From a virus: DNA of 64,000 nucleotides. A program made the position numbers and the translations under genes. The notes below the pieces were generated by a model, which was given only the letters and a program-made list of their open reading frames with translations, was not told the origin of the DNA and searched no databases. The stretch lies in the IMG/VR virus record IMGVR_UViG_3300017754_001832; one strand, given 5' to 3'. Shown piece after piece: positions 37,343 through 47,840 of this stretch (position 1 is its first letter; each line of letters opens with the position of its first letter).

Positions 37343-40300
37343 TAGCTGAGTGCTCCGTTCACGGCTGTTTTGTTATCGCGGATGTAGTTCATGAAGGCTT
37401 GCTGCCCCACCGGGCTGTTGAGGCCCGCTTGGATGAAGTCAGCCGCGTCCACGAAGTTGTTGATGACGGGTCGCTTGTCTCCACCACCACCGCCAATGCC
37501 CGCATTCTTGATGTGACGCGGGTTGTTCTCGGTGACGACCTCTTCGCCCTTCTGGAGGATCGCGGCGACCTCATTCTTGCGAAGGCCCGGCAGACCGCCA
37601 TTGTGGAAGCGGCCCGCGTTGCGGAACAGGGAGGCCGGCACGGTGCGCTTCTGGAGGCCCGCCCCCGCGATACCGCCACCGTGCGCGATGCCTGCCACTG
37701 CCGAGGCAGCAGCCGCAGCCGCGATAGCCGCAGCAGCCGCAGCACCCGCCGTCGTGATCGCGGCTGCCAGAGACAGGCCGGTGGCCGTCAGAGCAGCGCC
37801 CGCCGTCGTTCCCGCAGTGGTGATGCCGACCGCCGTCGTCGTTCCCGCCGTCGTGACCGAAGTTGCTGCGGTCACACCAGCAGTCGTCAGGGACGCGGAG
37901 ATCGTGGCAGCCGCAGCCGTTGCGGCCGGGTTGAGTGAAGCCACGCCGCTCGCCACGCCATCAAGCAGGCCGCCGATGGGCGTGTTCTGGAGCGCGTTGA
38001 GGACGGCCTGCTGCGCGATCATCTCTGCGATCTTCAGCAGGAAGTCCGCGCCAAACTGGAGGGCCGCGTCTCGGATGTTGCGGAAGACCTTCTCCCACCG
38101 CTCACCCTCGTCGATGCCTTTGCCGATAGCCGCGCCAGCCGCGAGGATGGCGTCAACAGCACCGCTGCCGAACGCATCACGCACCTGCTGCTTGATCTCC
38201 AGCAGCTTGATCTGTTGTTCCGAGAGTTCGACGTTGACCCGAGTCAGGGCCGCGATTGCCTTCTCGTCGCCGAGGGCACGCGCCAGAGCCAGCGCCTCTT
38301 CTTTCGCGGCGAGGATTTTGACTCGCATCTCTTCGAGCGCGGCAGTACGGCCTTGCGTCTCCTCGGCGGAGAGGGCGCCACCTTCGCTGAGTTTGTTGAA
38401 CTCCTCCAGAGCTTCCTGGCGCTGACGCTCCAGAGCGCGGACATCTTCGACCGCGTCCTTCAGCTTCTTCTCGGCACGCTCGCGTTCGATGATCTGCGAA
38501 GTGACGGCAGCCCATGCCTGTCCTTCTTTCGAGAGCAGGTCGATGTTCTGCTGGATCGCCAGACGTTCGACTTCCTGTTGGACAGTCGTCTCTTCGCCGA
38601 GCAACTTCCGCAGTTCCGCCTGCTGTTCCAGAACGGAGTTGTGGACGCGCTCTGCCTCGGTCGCGTCGAAGAGTGCGCCAACGCTGGCGCGCAACGCATC
38701 CTCTTGCGTCTGCGTGAACTTGAGGCCGTCCTCTTGCGCCTTTTGCTTCGCAGCGAAGATGGCCTTCTCGATCTCCTGATCGCGCAGCGACTTGCCGACG
38801 AGGGTTGCCTCGAAGCGACGGAGGTCGATGCTGCGCTGGAGTTCGTCGTTGAACTCTTTCTGCGGATCGCGAGGAGGCTTGTCACGCTTCGCGGCCTTGG
38901 CGTCTTCAGCCGCGAACTCTTTCTCAAGCTGAGCGCGGGCCGCCGCGATGAGTTCGAGACGGCGCTTCACTTCCGCCGGGTCTTGGATGCCGAGCAGGGA
39001 CTTGCCGCCAGCGTCGCTGAGCTTCTGCCGTTTGGCATCGCGCTCGCGCTGCTTGGCGATCTCGGGCAGGAACGACTCAACCTCAGACAGAGCAGCCGCC
39101 GCTTGGTCCGCGACACGGCGTTGCTCCGCGAGAGCGTCGGTGGTGCGCTTGATGGAGCCGGTCGTCGTGTCGTAGCTCAGACCGAGGCGCGCAATGGTGC
39201 GGTCGATGTCGATGGTCGAGTCGCCAAGCTGCTTCGTGATGATGGCCTGCCGACCCATCGCTTGCTCGACTTCGCTGGCCTTGTCGGTGACGCCGATGAG
39301 GCTCGATGCGAAACCCTGGATCGCATTCGCAGCGGGACCGTCCAGTGTGTCGCTGACCTTCCGGACTTCCGCCTGGAACTCGCTGATCGTCAGCTTGCCT
39401 TGGATGAACTTGCTCGCCAGAGCGCCGAGCTTCTGCGCGGCCTCTTCACCGACGACGCCGCTGTTCATGCGCGCGAAGTCTGCCACCACGTCGAACGCGG
39501 CCTTGCGCGATTCGTCGCGCAGCTTCACGTATTCGTTCGCGAGGTCGTCGAGGTTCTTGCGAGCGCGCAGTGCGTCAGTCGCAACGAGCGTTGCATTGAA
39601 CGCCCGGCCGGCGCGCTCTGCTTCGTTGGTTTCCGCCGTGTAGGAGTCGAGTTGGCGCGTGTGCTCGTCGAGCGCGGTGGTAGCGCCATCGACCTTGGTC
39701 GCCATGTCGAAGAACATGCCGCCGAGCAGGGATACCGCAGTGAACGCGAGAGCCAGAGGGCCGAGAGCCCTGATCGCCGTGATCGCGGCGGTGGCAAGAG
39801 AGCGAAGCGCGATGCCTGCGGCTGCGCTCGCTGCTGCGAACGTCTTGCTGGCCGTACCCGAGAAGATAAGAGCCCTGCCCATGGTGAGGGCCGAAGCTGC
39901 GGCGACTCGAACCGCAAGATTGAACCCTGCGACGGCGTTCTGCGCGGACACCATCGTCACGACCTGCGCACGCTCGGCAGCCGTCAGCGCCAGAACTTCC
40001 TTGGTGGTGAAAGCCGTGGCTGCCGCGTTTGCGCGCAAGCCCGCAGTGAACTCCGTGAAGAACTTCGCAACCTTGAGCGCGATGAGCCCGGCGAAGACAG
40101 GCTTCAACGCACTCGCGACCTTCACGACCTCGGTGATGGCCTTGACTGCGTTTCCAAGCAGGGCGCCGAGTTGCAGGAAGAAGTCGCGGCCTTCGCGCGA
40201 TTTGAATCCTTCGTTGAGTTGCTTCAGCGACTCTTGCAGCGCGTCAGCGAAGCCACCTTCCGCCACCTTCTGCTGCGCCTGAAGCAGGTTGTTCGAGAAG

Positions 40301-42327
40301 CGGTCGATCTCGGTCGTGACCGTGTTGAGCGCAGCCGGCAGCGCACCACCAAAGCGGCGCGTCAGTTCGTCGGCGAACTTGAGCAGGGTCTCTTCAGACG
40401 CCGCGACCTCGCCGCGCCGGATCATCTTGTCCAGTTCGGCAGTCGAGACACCGAGGGCGTCAGCGAAGATGTTGAACGCGCCGGGCAGTCGGTCGCCCAA
40501 CTGCCTGCGAAGTTCTTCCATCGACACCGTGCCCTTCGACACGATCTGTTGCAGGGCGAGGAAGGTGCCTTCGAGTTCTTCGGTCGAGACCTTGTTGACG
40601 CGCGCTGCCTCGGCAACGGACGTGAAGATTTTCCGAGTCGACTCGGCAGAGAAGTTCGCCGCGTTCGTCGCGATGGCGAAGCGGCCATACTCCTGCGACA
40701 AGACCTGGAAGCTCAGACCGAGGCGATCCGCTTCCTGCGAGATGAAGCGAAGCTCCTCACGCACGCGGTTCTGGTTGCCGTCGAACACCGCCGTCAGTCG
40801 AGACTGCGCAGCCTCCACGGAGCGGAGGGCGTTGATGACGCCACCAATGGCCGTGATGCCGGCGTAGAAGCCGACGAAGGCCGTGGTGAGGCCGAGCACC
40901 TGTCCGCGAAGGCGCTGGAAGATCGAGAGCGCGCGACGGCTCTGGTCGGTCGATTGAGCGATGCCGCCTGCCGCCTGGCGTGCTGCCGGCCCGAGCGCGG
41001 TGAACGCACCAGCGAGAGACCGCACGTCCTGCCCGAGGATGCTCGCCACGAGGGAGAGCCTGCGCTGAGCGTTGACCTGTTGGTCGATAGCCAGCGCGGC
41101 AGACACGGCCTGCTGACGCGACTCCTGATCCGCCGCGATCTTGGCCCGCTCGGCTGCCGCCGCTTCCTTCAGCTTCACGCTGAGCGCGGAGAGTGCCTGA
41201 GTCTGGTTGCGCCATTCCTGCCCGGCGCCTTGCGCGTTGATCCGCGCCGCCAGAAGCTCGGCAGCAAGAGCCGCCGTCGGTTGTGCGGTCGCCGCCATCT
41301 CGGCCTTGAGGCGCTTCAGTTCGGCGCTGGCCTGCTGGAACGCGGCGCGAGCCTCGTTGACGGCTTGCTCCTGCGCACGGAAGGCGTTGACAGGCGCGTT
41401 CGCTGCGGCCCCCGCAGCCGTGGAGGCCCGCACGGCGGCCTGCTGGCGTGCCAGTGCGTCGGACACCTTCTGGATCGCCACGGCCACACGCGCGCTCTCT
41501 GCGGCGATAGCCTCCTGCTTCAGTTCCACCTGCCCGAGAGCGGCTGCTGCCGAAGTCGCGGAGGTCTTCACCTCGGCGAGCGCGGCCTGCGCCTGCTTTA
41601 CGGCAGCCGTTTCTTCCCCGGCCGCTGATGTCAGCTTCGCGAATTGATCCGTGACGCGCGCCAGATCGCGCTCGGCGAGTCGGGCTTGGCCCGAGAGCGA
41701 GGAGAACGCCTGCCCGGCGATCCGGACGTTGGCCTGCTGTTGCTGCACCACGGAGTTCTGGCGCGTCTGCGCCTCGATCAGGGCGACGAGCGAGTTGGCT
41801 TGTTGACGGACTGCGTCGCGTGCCTGATCGCTCGCGCCCTTCTGCGCGCGGAGAGCGACGACGAGTTGCTGGTAGCGATCCTTCGCCTTCTCGACCTCGG
41901 CATTGAGGGAGGCTTGCTCGCCGCGTGCGGATGCCAGATCGGCCTGCGAACGCTTCAGCGCGGCGCCGGCCTGCCGCGTGGCCGAGTCAAGCTCGGCGAA
42001 TTTGTCCGCCGTGGCTCCTGCGCGCTGGCCCGTCTCCAGAAGGCGCTGCTGCGTCTGCGCAAGCTCGACCTCCATGCGCTCCACGTTCTTCGTGGTGCGG
42101 TCGAAGTTGGAGGCCAGACGGTTGAGGCTCGTGAGCCCGGCCGCGTTGGCTTGCAGACTCTTCAGTTCGGAGGAGAGCTTGCCGAGGGCCGTGTTCGCGA
42201 TAGCGCCAGACTTGCTGAGCCCGCTCTGCGCCTTCGCCAGGTCGTTGATTGAACCAACGATTCCATCGACCGCAGCCTTCGCTTGGTCGCGCGCCTTGAT
42301 AATAAGCTCGACCTCACGCTTCGCCAT
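37342..42327 (-). CDS. tail tape measure protein (1661 aa)
   Basis: Very long Ala/Gln/Glu-rich coiled-coil ORF lying between the chaperone genes and the tail-tip genes. Confidence 0.85.
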   Translation of the reverse strand: MAKREVELIIKARDQAKAAVDGIVGSINDLAKAQSGLSKSGAIANTALGKLSSELKSLQANAAGLTSLNRLASNFDRTTKNVERMEVELAQTQQRLLETGQRAGATADKFAELDSATRQAGAALKRSQADLASARGEQASLNAEVEKAKDRYQQLVVALRAQKGASDQARDAVRQQANSLVALIEAQTRQNSVVQQQQANVRIAGQAFSSLSGQARLAERDLARVTDQFAKLTSAAGEETAAVKQAQAALAEVKTSATSAAAALGQVELKQEAIAAESARVAVAIQKVSDALARQQAAVRASTAAGAAANAPVNAFRAQEQAVNEARAAFQQASAELKRLKAEMAATAQPTAALAAELLAARINAQGAGQEWRNQTQALSALSVKLKEAAAAERAKIAADQESRQQAVSAALAIDQQVNAQRRLSLVASILGQDVRSLAGAFTALGPAARQAAGGIAQSTDQSRRALSIFQRLRGQVLGLTTAFVGFYAGITAIGGVINALRSVEAAQSRLTAVFDGNQNRVREELRFISQEADRLGLSFQVLSQEYGRFAIATNAANFSAESTRKIFTSVAEAARVNKVSTEELEGTFLALQQIVSKGTVSMEELRRQLGDRLPGAFNIFADALGVSTAELDKMIRRGEVAASEETLLKFADELTRRFGGALPAALNTVTTEIDRFSNNLLQAQQKVAEGGFADALQESLKQLNEGFKSREGRDFFLQLGALLGNAVKAITEVVKVASALKPVFAGLIALKVAKFFTEFTAGLRANAAATAFTTKEVLALTAAERAQVVTMVSAQNAVAGFNLAVRVAAASALTMGRALIFSGTASKTFAAASAAAGIALRSLATAAITAIRALGPLALAFTAVSLLGGMFFDMATKVDGATTALDEHTRQLDSYTAETNEAERAGRAFNATLVATDALRARKNLDDLANEYVKLRDESRKAAFDVVADFARMNSGVVGEEAAQKLGALASKFIQGKLTISEFQAEVRKVSDTLDGPAANAIQGFASSLIGVTDKASEVEQAMGRQAIITKQLGDSTIDIDRTIARLGLSYDTTTGSIKRTTDALAEQRRVADQAAAALSEVESFLPEIAKQRERDAKRQKLSDAGGKSLLGIQDPAEVKRRLELIAAARAQLEKEFAAEDAKAAKRDKPPRDPQKEFNDELQRSIDLRRFEATLVGKSLRDQEIEKAIFAAKQKAQEDGLKFTQTQEDALRASVGALFDATEAERVHNSVLEQQAELRKLLGEETTVQQEVERLAIQQNIDLLSKEGQAWAAVTSQIIERERAEKKLKDAVEDVRALERQRQEALEEFNKLSEGGALSAEETQGRTAALEEMRVKILAAKEEALALARALGDEKAIAALTRVNVELSEQQIKLLEIKQQVRDAFGSGAVDAILAAGAAIGKGIDEGERWEKVFRNIRDAALQFGADFLLKIAEMIAQQAVLNALQNTPIGGLLDGVASGVASLNPAATAAAATISASLTTAGVTAATSVTTAGTTTAVGITTAGTTAGAALTATGLSLAAAITTAGAAAAAAIAAAAAASAVAGIAHGGGIAGAGLQKRTVPASLFRNAGRFHNGGLPGLRKNEVAAILQKGEEVVTENNPRHIKNAGIGGGGGDKRPVINNFVDAADFIQAGLNSPVGQQAFMNYIRDNKTAVNGALS

Positions 42328-42772
42328 AGCGGTTGCCCTTCGAGACGTTTTCCAGCGCCGGAAGGTACTGGAGGTTGTTCAAAACATGCAGCCCCGAGAC
42401 GTTTTTCCCACGCAACGGGACAATGTGATCTACGTGATACCCCAAAGGACAGGCTTCGTAAAATCGCTCTATGGCTTTTAGATCGGCCCACGCGGGGGTC
42501 TGCTGAGACAAGCACGCACGGCGCTTGGCTTCCTTGGCGTTTTTCTTTCCGGGGTTGTTCCTCGCCCATGCGGCGATGGCGGCCCGATCCTTGGCTTTTT
42601 GTTCTTCGGATCGAGCCGCTTTAGACGCACGGACGCGGTCGGGGTGTCGCTGCCTGTATCGTTTGGCAGCCTCTCGTTTAGCCTCCGGGTTGCGGGCGGC
42701 CCAACCGTCTGCGGGGTTGCGCCGTTTCCACTCGCGTTGGGCCGCCCGCTGTTTGCTGATGTCGCGCGCCAT
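42314..42772 (-). CDS. HNH endonuclease (152 aa) inserted between the G/T chaperone and the tape-measure gene
   Basis: GYHVDHIVPLRGKNVSGLHVLNNLQYLPALENVSKGN is an H-N-H motif. Confidence 0.7.
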   Translation of the reverse strand: MARDISKQRAAQREWKRRNPADGWAARNPEAKREAAKRYRQRHPDRVRASKAARSEEQKAKDRAAIAAWARNNPGKKNAKEAKRRACLSQQTPAWADLKAIERFYEACPLGYHVDHIVPLRGKNVSGLHVLNNLQYLPALENVSKGNRYGEA

Positions 42773-43664
42773 TAGCCTAGGATGTCTTGGTCTGAGCGTC
42801 TTTTGACGGGAGGAGGCAGGCGCGGATCGCGGCGTCCCTTGGTCGGGATGATCGCGGGCTTCGCGGTCTGCGTCTTCGTCTCCGCCGGCTCTTGCCCCTT
42901 CGATCCTCCACCGAGGTCGTTGAGCATTTTCTGAAAGCCCTTGGCGCCCTTCTTATCCATCACGGAGATGATCGCGCCCTGAGTCAGGACGGCGTTCGTG
43001 ATGAGTGCATCGTTGATGCGCTTCGTCAGGCGAGCCGCCTCTTGCCATACGGCGTAGAGGGGCCACCTGTCCGCGTCAGGGAAGCCGTGGGCCTTCAGGA
43101 GGCCGACTGTATTCCAGACACCATCGAGCCAGACGCGGAGGTTCGCAGGGCGCTCACGAGACCGTTGACGCCCCCGAACAGGCTGGTCACGGTCTCGATC
43201 AACTCCCCCACACCGCCATGATCCTCCAGCGTCAGCCGGGCGACCTCTTGGATGATCTTGAGTTGGACAGGGACCGGGAGGCGCTTCGCCACCTCGAACG
43301 CCTTGGTCTGGTCTGCGTCGTCGGTGACGAGCACAACCATGTCGGCGATGAGGTCGGGGAACTGCTCGACGAGTTGCAGGAGGATCGGGCCGAGATCGAG
43401 CGCGCTCTCCTCGACCGTGGTCGGGTCAACACCCTTGGCTACCGCAGCGTCGTGGATCAGCGTGTCGGCGTGAACCTTGTTGGCGATGGTGCGCTCGAAG
43501 ATCATCACCATGGTCGGGCCGTGGACCCGCATGAGTTTGACGAGGTCGCCTGCGGACAGGCCGCGCACTTGGATGTTCTGCTCGGGCTTGTCGCCCTTGG
43601 CCTTGCGGATGGTGATCTCGGCGGTTTCAAAGCCGATGGACGAAAGCTGACTGACGGACTTCAT
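42772..43664 (-). CDS. tail assembly chaperone G (43095..43664) with a -1 frame T-like extension (42772..43097); candidate programmed -1 frameshift giving a G-T fusion
   Basis: G starts MKSVSQLSS. The -1 frame stays open across the G stop and continues to 42772. Candidate slip site TTCGGGGGC near 43168-43180. The arrangement matches lambda G/GT. Confidence 0.5.
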
Positions 43665-43748
43665 ATTTACCCTCTTCTGAAACGAGCCGGGGCCCGTAGC
43701 ATCTTGTGCCACGGGCCCCGGAAGATTGCAACCCAACTTCTACCTGTC

Positions 43749-44588
43749 TTAGGCGTAGGCGGGTCGGCCAAGGGCGTAGATCGCCGCGTAGCTGGTGGGC
43801 TTCAGGATTTCGACCTGGAACGGGATGACGTTCCACTCGTCCGACTTCAGCGCGTAGTCTCCGTTCGGGGAGACCTTGATCCACGGGAAGAAGTAGTCGA
43901 TGTCGTCGCCGACCGGGTTGAAGGCGATGAACTGCATCGCGCCTTCGACCGGCTCCGAACCCGAGAGGATGCGGTTGTAGGTCGAGGGACGGATCGTGTA
44001 CGTGACCTGAAGGTCCGTGCCGTCCGCGATGCCACCGCCAACGATGACGTACAGGCGGCCCGTCTCCGGATCGACCGTGTAGTCCGTGCCGTAGACGAAC
44101 TCCGTGTTGCCCGCCGAGTTCGAGTCGTTCTCGACAACCGTGAAGGCGCCGCCCGAGTTCGAGTCGGTGTCGCCACCGGCCACGAGGCCCTTCGCGCCGG
44201 CAGGGCGCGTGGTCGAGATGCCAAGCTGGTAGTAGAGGCCCTGCTCGACATCGTTGACTTCTTCGGCGGTGATCGTCGCACCAGCTTCCGTCACGACTTC
44301 TTCCTCGCCGAAGAAGAAGATGGCGACGTTCTTGATGTCGATGTTGTCGGTCGTGAAGGTGCCCGAGCGGTTGACCTGGAGAGCAATGCTCTCGTCCTTC
44401 TCGCGGATGCCGTGATCCGAGTTGAAGTGGTCGAGAACCTCTTGCTCGATGGTGAGCGAGAACTCCGGTGTGTTCCCGATATACCGGAAACCCTTTGGGG
44501 TTTGGGTGCCCGTGACAAAGCGGGCGAAACTGATTTCGCCACGACCCAGCGTGTAGTTGTTAGTGACAATGCCTTCGGTGGCGGCCAT
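43749..44588 (-). CDS. major tail protein, gpV-like (about 279 aa) with two DSNS motifs
   Basis: Start MAATEGIV after the RBS GGAGAT. Located between gpU-like and gpG-like genes. Confidence 0.6.
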   Translation of the reverse strand: MAATEGIVTNNYTLGRGEISFARFVTGTQTPKGFRYIGNTPEFSLTIEQEVLDHFNSDHGIREKDESIALQVNRSGTFTTDNIDIKNVAIFFFGEEEVVTEAGATITAEEVNDVEQGLYYQLGISTTRPAGAKGLVAGGDTDSNSGGAFTVVENDSNSAGNTEFVYGTDYTVDPETGRLYVIVGGGIADGTDLQVTYTIRPSTYNRILSGSEPVEGAMQFIAFNPVGDDIDYFFPWIKVSPNGDYALKSDEWNVIPFQVEILKPTSYAAIYALGRPAYA

Positions 44589-44665
44589 GGTGGTATCTCC
44601 TGCTGGCGGTGGTCCGTGTTCCTTACGTGTTACAGCCTCGCTGGCGTTGAAAGTCAACGCCTCAC

Positions 44666-45220
44666 TTAGCTGTACGGATTCTCCAAGTCCTCGGCGATCT
44701 TCAGCCGTATCGCGAGCCAGAAGTACGCCTTGCCCGAGACTTCATCCGGAGGGCGGCAGACCGGGCTCCCGATCTGCATTGAGATGACCCCCGGCTTACC
44801 ATTGGCCCCGCGAACACTCAACAGGGCAGGCCCAACGCCGGCCGGCGAGCGGCCCTGATCCAGCCGCTTCTTCTCTTTCGCGAGGCAGCGGCACACGTCG
44901 GCCACCAGAAGGTAGGCCGGATCGGTGGGGTTCGCCTTGTCGTCTTTGCAGAACCCCTGGATCGAGATGTCCCAATCGCCGGTCGAGTAGGGGGAGGATG
45001 CCGCAGAGTCGACCTGATCGTTGGCGATAGGCGTCTCCAGAATGGCGATCATCGGCAGGGGGTCGTTCTCCCCGTAGATGTTGCGGCCACGGAAGACGCG
45101 GCCCGCCAGATCGTGGTGGTAGCCGGTCGGCCCCGAGTTGGAATCCTCGATAGCGATGGTCTCCAGAAGCTCAGTGAGCTTGCGCATGACGCGGAGGCGG
45201 AAGGGGTAGGTCTCGGTCAT
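44666..45220 (-). CDS. tail terminator, gpU-like (184 aa) with one DSNS
   Basis: Size and position. Confidence 0.45.
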   Translation of the reverse strand: MTETYPFRLRVMRKLTELLETIAIEDSNSGPTGYHHDLAGRVFRGRNIYGENDPLPMIAILETPIANDQVDSAASSPYSTGDWDISIQGFCKDDKANPTDPAYLLVADVCRCLAKEKKRLDQGRSPAGVGPALLSVRGANGKPGVISMQIGSPVCRPPDEVSGKAYFWLAIRLKIAEDLENPYS

Positions 45221-45819
45221 CAGACGTTCTCCAGCCCGAGTTGTCTCAGGTATTCGGTTTCGAGCGCGTTGGCGATCTCGTCTTCCATGTCGGGCCAGAT
45301 GCCCTTGCGCCCGCTCGCGCCGATCAGGGCTTGTGCGACCGAAGGACCATAGAGGAGCCAGAGGCTCTTAGCCAGCCGGCGCGGTCTGTAGGCCCCCGAG
45401 GGCTTGCCCGGTGAGCGCACGGCCAGCATCGTCGACTCTCCGCCCGCCTTGCCTACGCCAAGCAGGAACGCGCCCGGCAGGGCTCGCTGGCCTCCGGGTT
45501 GGACCTCGACTTTGATCTTGCCCTTCTTCGCGTTCGTGTTGGTCACGAAGCGTGCGAGGCCCGTAGGCCGCGACGCGGCGGTGAGCTTGCCTTCGAGCTT
45601 CCCGGCGCCCGCTGAGAACTGCTCGATCTTGCCGTCCTGCCCCGTGAGGTAGCGGGCAGGAAAGGCCACCTGCTGCCGCAGCATGCGGCCCGAGCGGGCC
45701 CGTGCGTCACGCAGGGTGCGGTTGATCGCACGCTGTGCGGCGATCTGCGACTTCTTCGGGATGTCTTCGAGATCGCGGAGAGACTTGATGCCGAGGATCG
45801 TCACGGAGAGGTTGGACAT
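45220..45819 (-). CDS. tail completion protein, gpZ-like (199 aa)
   Basis: Position. Confidence 0.4.
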   Translation of the reverse strand: MSNLSVTILGIKSLRDLEDIPKKSQIAAQRAINRTLRDARARSGRMLRQQVAFPARYLTGQDGKIEQFSAGAGKLEGKLTAASRPTGLARFVTNTNAKKGKIKVEVQPGGQRALPGAFLLGVGKAGGESTMLAVRSPGKPSGAYRPRRLAKSLWLLYGPSVAQALIGASGRKGIWPDMEDEIANALETEYLRQLGLENV

Positions 45820-46260
45820 TTACTCCTCCGGAGGAAGAGGCAGCCCGGCCGAGTCTGCGGAATCCTGGCGCGTGACGCGAGCCGTGATCGTTTCCTGATC
45901 GTGCGGCTCGACCACGTCGATGTAGTACGACTCGCCACTCGTGACGGAGATCACATCGCCGCGCGCCGGGCTGATGCCCGCGTCTTCGAGTTCGGTGCGC
46001 CAGAAGATAACCCTCGGGACCGAGTCGAACCGCTCTGCGCTGTTGAGTGATGTGCCGGCTTGATCGCCGAGCTTCATGCCCTTCTCGTGGATGCGAACTT
46101 CCACGACGGGCAGGCCGTGCATGTTGCCAGAGGTCGAGCCCGAGAACGACGTGCTGTTGGAGTCGTTCTCGGGTGATCCGCCGACGAGATAGACGGCGCG
46201 GACCTTCAAAGTCTGGTGGACCGTTTCGCGGGCCGCCCGTTTGATGTCGCGCCATCCCAT
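45820..46260 (-). CDS. head-tail joining protein, FII-like (146 aa) with one DSNS
   Basis: Position. Confidence 0.4.
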   Translation of the reverse strand: MGWRDIKRAARETVHQTLKVRAVYLVGGSPENDSNSTSFSGSTSGNMHGLPVVEVRIHEKGMKLGDQAGTSLNSAERFDSVPRVIFWRTELEDAGISPARGDVISVTSGESYYIDVVEPHDQETITARVTRQDSADSAGLPLPPEE

Positions 46261-46261
46261 C

Positions 46262-46657
46262 TCAGTCTACCTTCTTCGCTGCCCCATTGAGGCCGGCGCC
46301 GAGGTCGGTCAAGTCGCGACGACGGCGGGTGGTTGTGGTCTTCTGTTCTGCTGCGGCCTTGGCGTCTGCGCGAACCTTGTCCGCTGCTTCCTTCATGGCC
46401 TTCTTCACCGCGACCTTTTCCGCGAGGCCGGGGGTCTCGGCGTCGAGACGCATACGGCGGGTCTTCGGATTGACGCGGGGGAGTTTAGCGAGAAATTCCT
46501 TCGCCTCTTTCGAGTCTGCCATTGCGGCGAAACCCTGCGCGAGGAGCGACTCGGCTTCCTTGTCCACGATGTCGGCGATCTCTCCGCCGTAGAACTTCGT
46601 GGGTCCGTCTTTGCCCACCTCGGTCGAGGTGGTGCCAACGAATAGTGCGATCTGCAT
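46262..46657 (-). CDS. hypothetical head-associated protein (131 aa), in the FI-like position
   Basis: ORF preceded by the conserved CAGCACTAGAGGGAACTACATG element. Confidence 0.4.
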   Translation of the reverse strand: MQIALFVGTTSTEVGKDGPTKFYGGEIADIVDKEAESLLAQGFAAMADSKEAKEFLAKLPRVNPKTRRMRLDAETPGLAEKVAVKKAMKEAADKVRADAKAAAEQKTTTTRRRRDLTDLGAGLNGAAKKVD

Positions 46658-46730
46658 GTAGTTCCCTCTAGTGCTGATGGACTAAGGGGGCGGCCCGAGA
46701 GCCACCCCCTGTCCGGTTGACCAACTCGGG

Positions 46731-47801
46731 TTAGGAGTTGGAGTCTTCTTCCACGACCCGAGCATGGAAGCTGCGGTTCGGGAACGGCGAGATGGCGAGC
46801 GGCGCCGACTGCGTCATGATGTTCATCGCGGACGGGTCTTGCTCGACCCACATCTTCGTGAACACCGGCTGAGCGATCAGGTTCTCGATCTCCAGGATCG
46901 CGCCGTAGGCCGACACGCCACCGTAATCGGCAGCCGTGATGACCAGGTCACGCGGGTTCATGATGTCCACGTGGTTGCCGCTGTTGTCCTCGTAGAAGTC
47001 CTCGTAGAGGACCAGCGTGAGGCCCGGCAGCGAGCCGACCACGGTCCACGGAGCATCCGGCGTGCGCGCTTGGATCAGCGAACGCGCGATGGAGTTGCCC
47101 TCGCCGCCACGGACGTTGGTGTCCATGAGTTCGAGCAGCTTCGTGTTCGAGCGCATGACGCGCCAGACTTCACGACCCATCGTGACAACCGAGCCGCGTC
47201 CGCCGAAGTCAGCGTTCGCCATCGCGTCGGTGTATTCCTGGAGTTGCGCCACGATGTCCGTGGTGGAGTCCCAGAGGCCGGTCGTCTTGATGTCCGTGAG
47301 CGCGGTGTCGCGGCCATAGTCAACTTCGACGGTCGGGCCGTCCTGATACTCGACCAGCACCTTGCCGTAGGTCACGGCTTGGAAAGCCATGATCTCCTGG
47401 CGCCGCTCGATGATCTTGCGGTGATGCTCAAGGATCGCGGCGATCTCCGCGTCGCGGTTCTGAGCCGGCGAGCGAGGCGAGTCGTCGTAGAGGTTGCCGG
47501 GGCGGCGCGTGAACTGCTCGCCGGGGATCACCGGGTCTTTCAGCTTGATATAGGCCGGGCTGAAGGACGCGGCGGTCGAGCCACGGCGCCGGTAGGACGG
47601 GCGGCCGGGGTTCTGCGGCAGAGAGAACGTCGCGACCTCGCGGTTGCCGACGATCTTTTCCCAGATGATCGCTTGCTTGTCCGACTGGAAGATGTTGGAC
47701 GAGAAGCCGCCGAGATTCCGCCAGTAGTTGCTGACGGTTTCGAGGCGCTGGTCGCGGAATACGCCCAGCAGCGCACGGGGGGAGAGAACTTCGAGAGACA
47801 T
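46731..47801 (-). CDS. major capsid protein, lambda gpE-like (356 aa) with a C-terminal ...VVEEDSNS* extension
   Basis: RGSTAASFSPAYIKLKDPV and IMTQSAPLAISPFP align with lambda E segments (RGGSTSEFTPGYVKPKHEV, TMIQSAPLMLLADP). Confidence 0.75.
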   Translation of the reverse strand: MSLEVLSPRALLGVFRDQRLETVSNYWRNLGGFSSNIFQSDKQAIIWEKIVGNREVATFSLPQNPGRPSYRRRGSTAASFSPAYIKLKDPVIPGEQFTRRPGNLYDDSPRSPAQNRDAEIAAILEHHRKIIERRQEIMAFQAVTYGKVLVEYQDGPTVEVDYGRDTALTDIKTTGLWDSTTDIVAQLQEYTDAMANADFGGRGSVVTMGREVWRVMRSNTKLLELMDTNVRGGEGNSIARSLIQARTPDAPWTVVGSLPGLTLVLYEDFYEDNSGNHVDIMNPRDLVITAADYGGVSAYGAILEIENLIAQPVFTKMWVEQDPSAMNIMTQSAPLAISPFPNRSFHARVVEEDSNS

Positions 47802-47840
47802 TGGGGCGGCCCTTTCTTATCGGCTGCTGGACGGCGGGGG

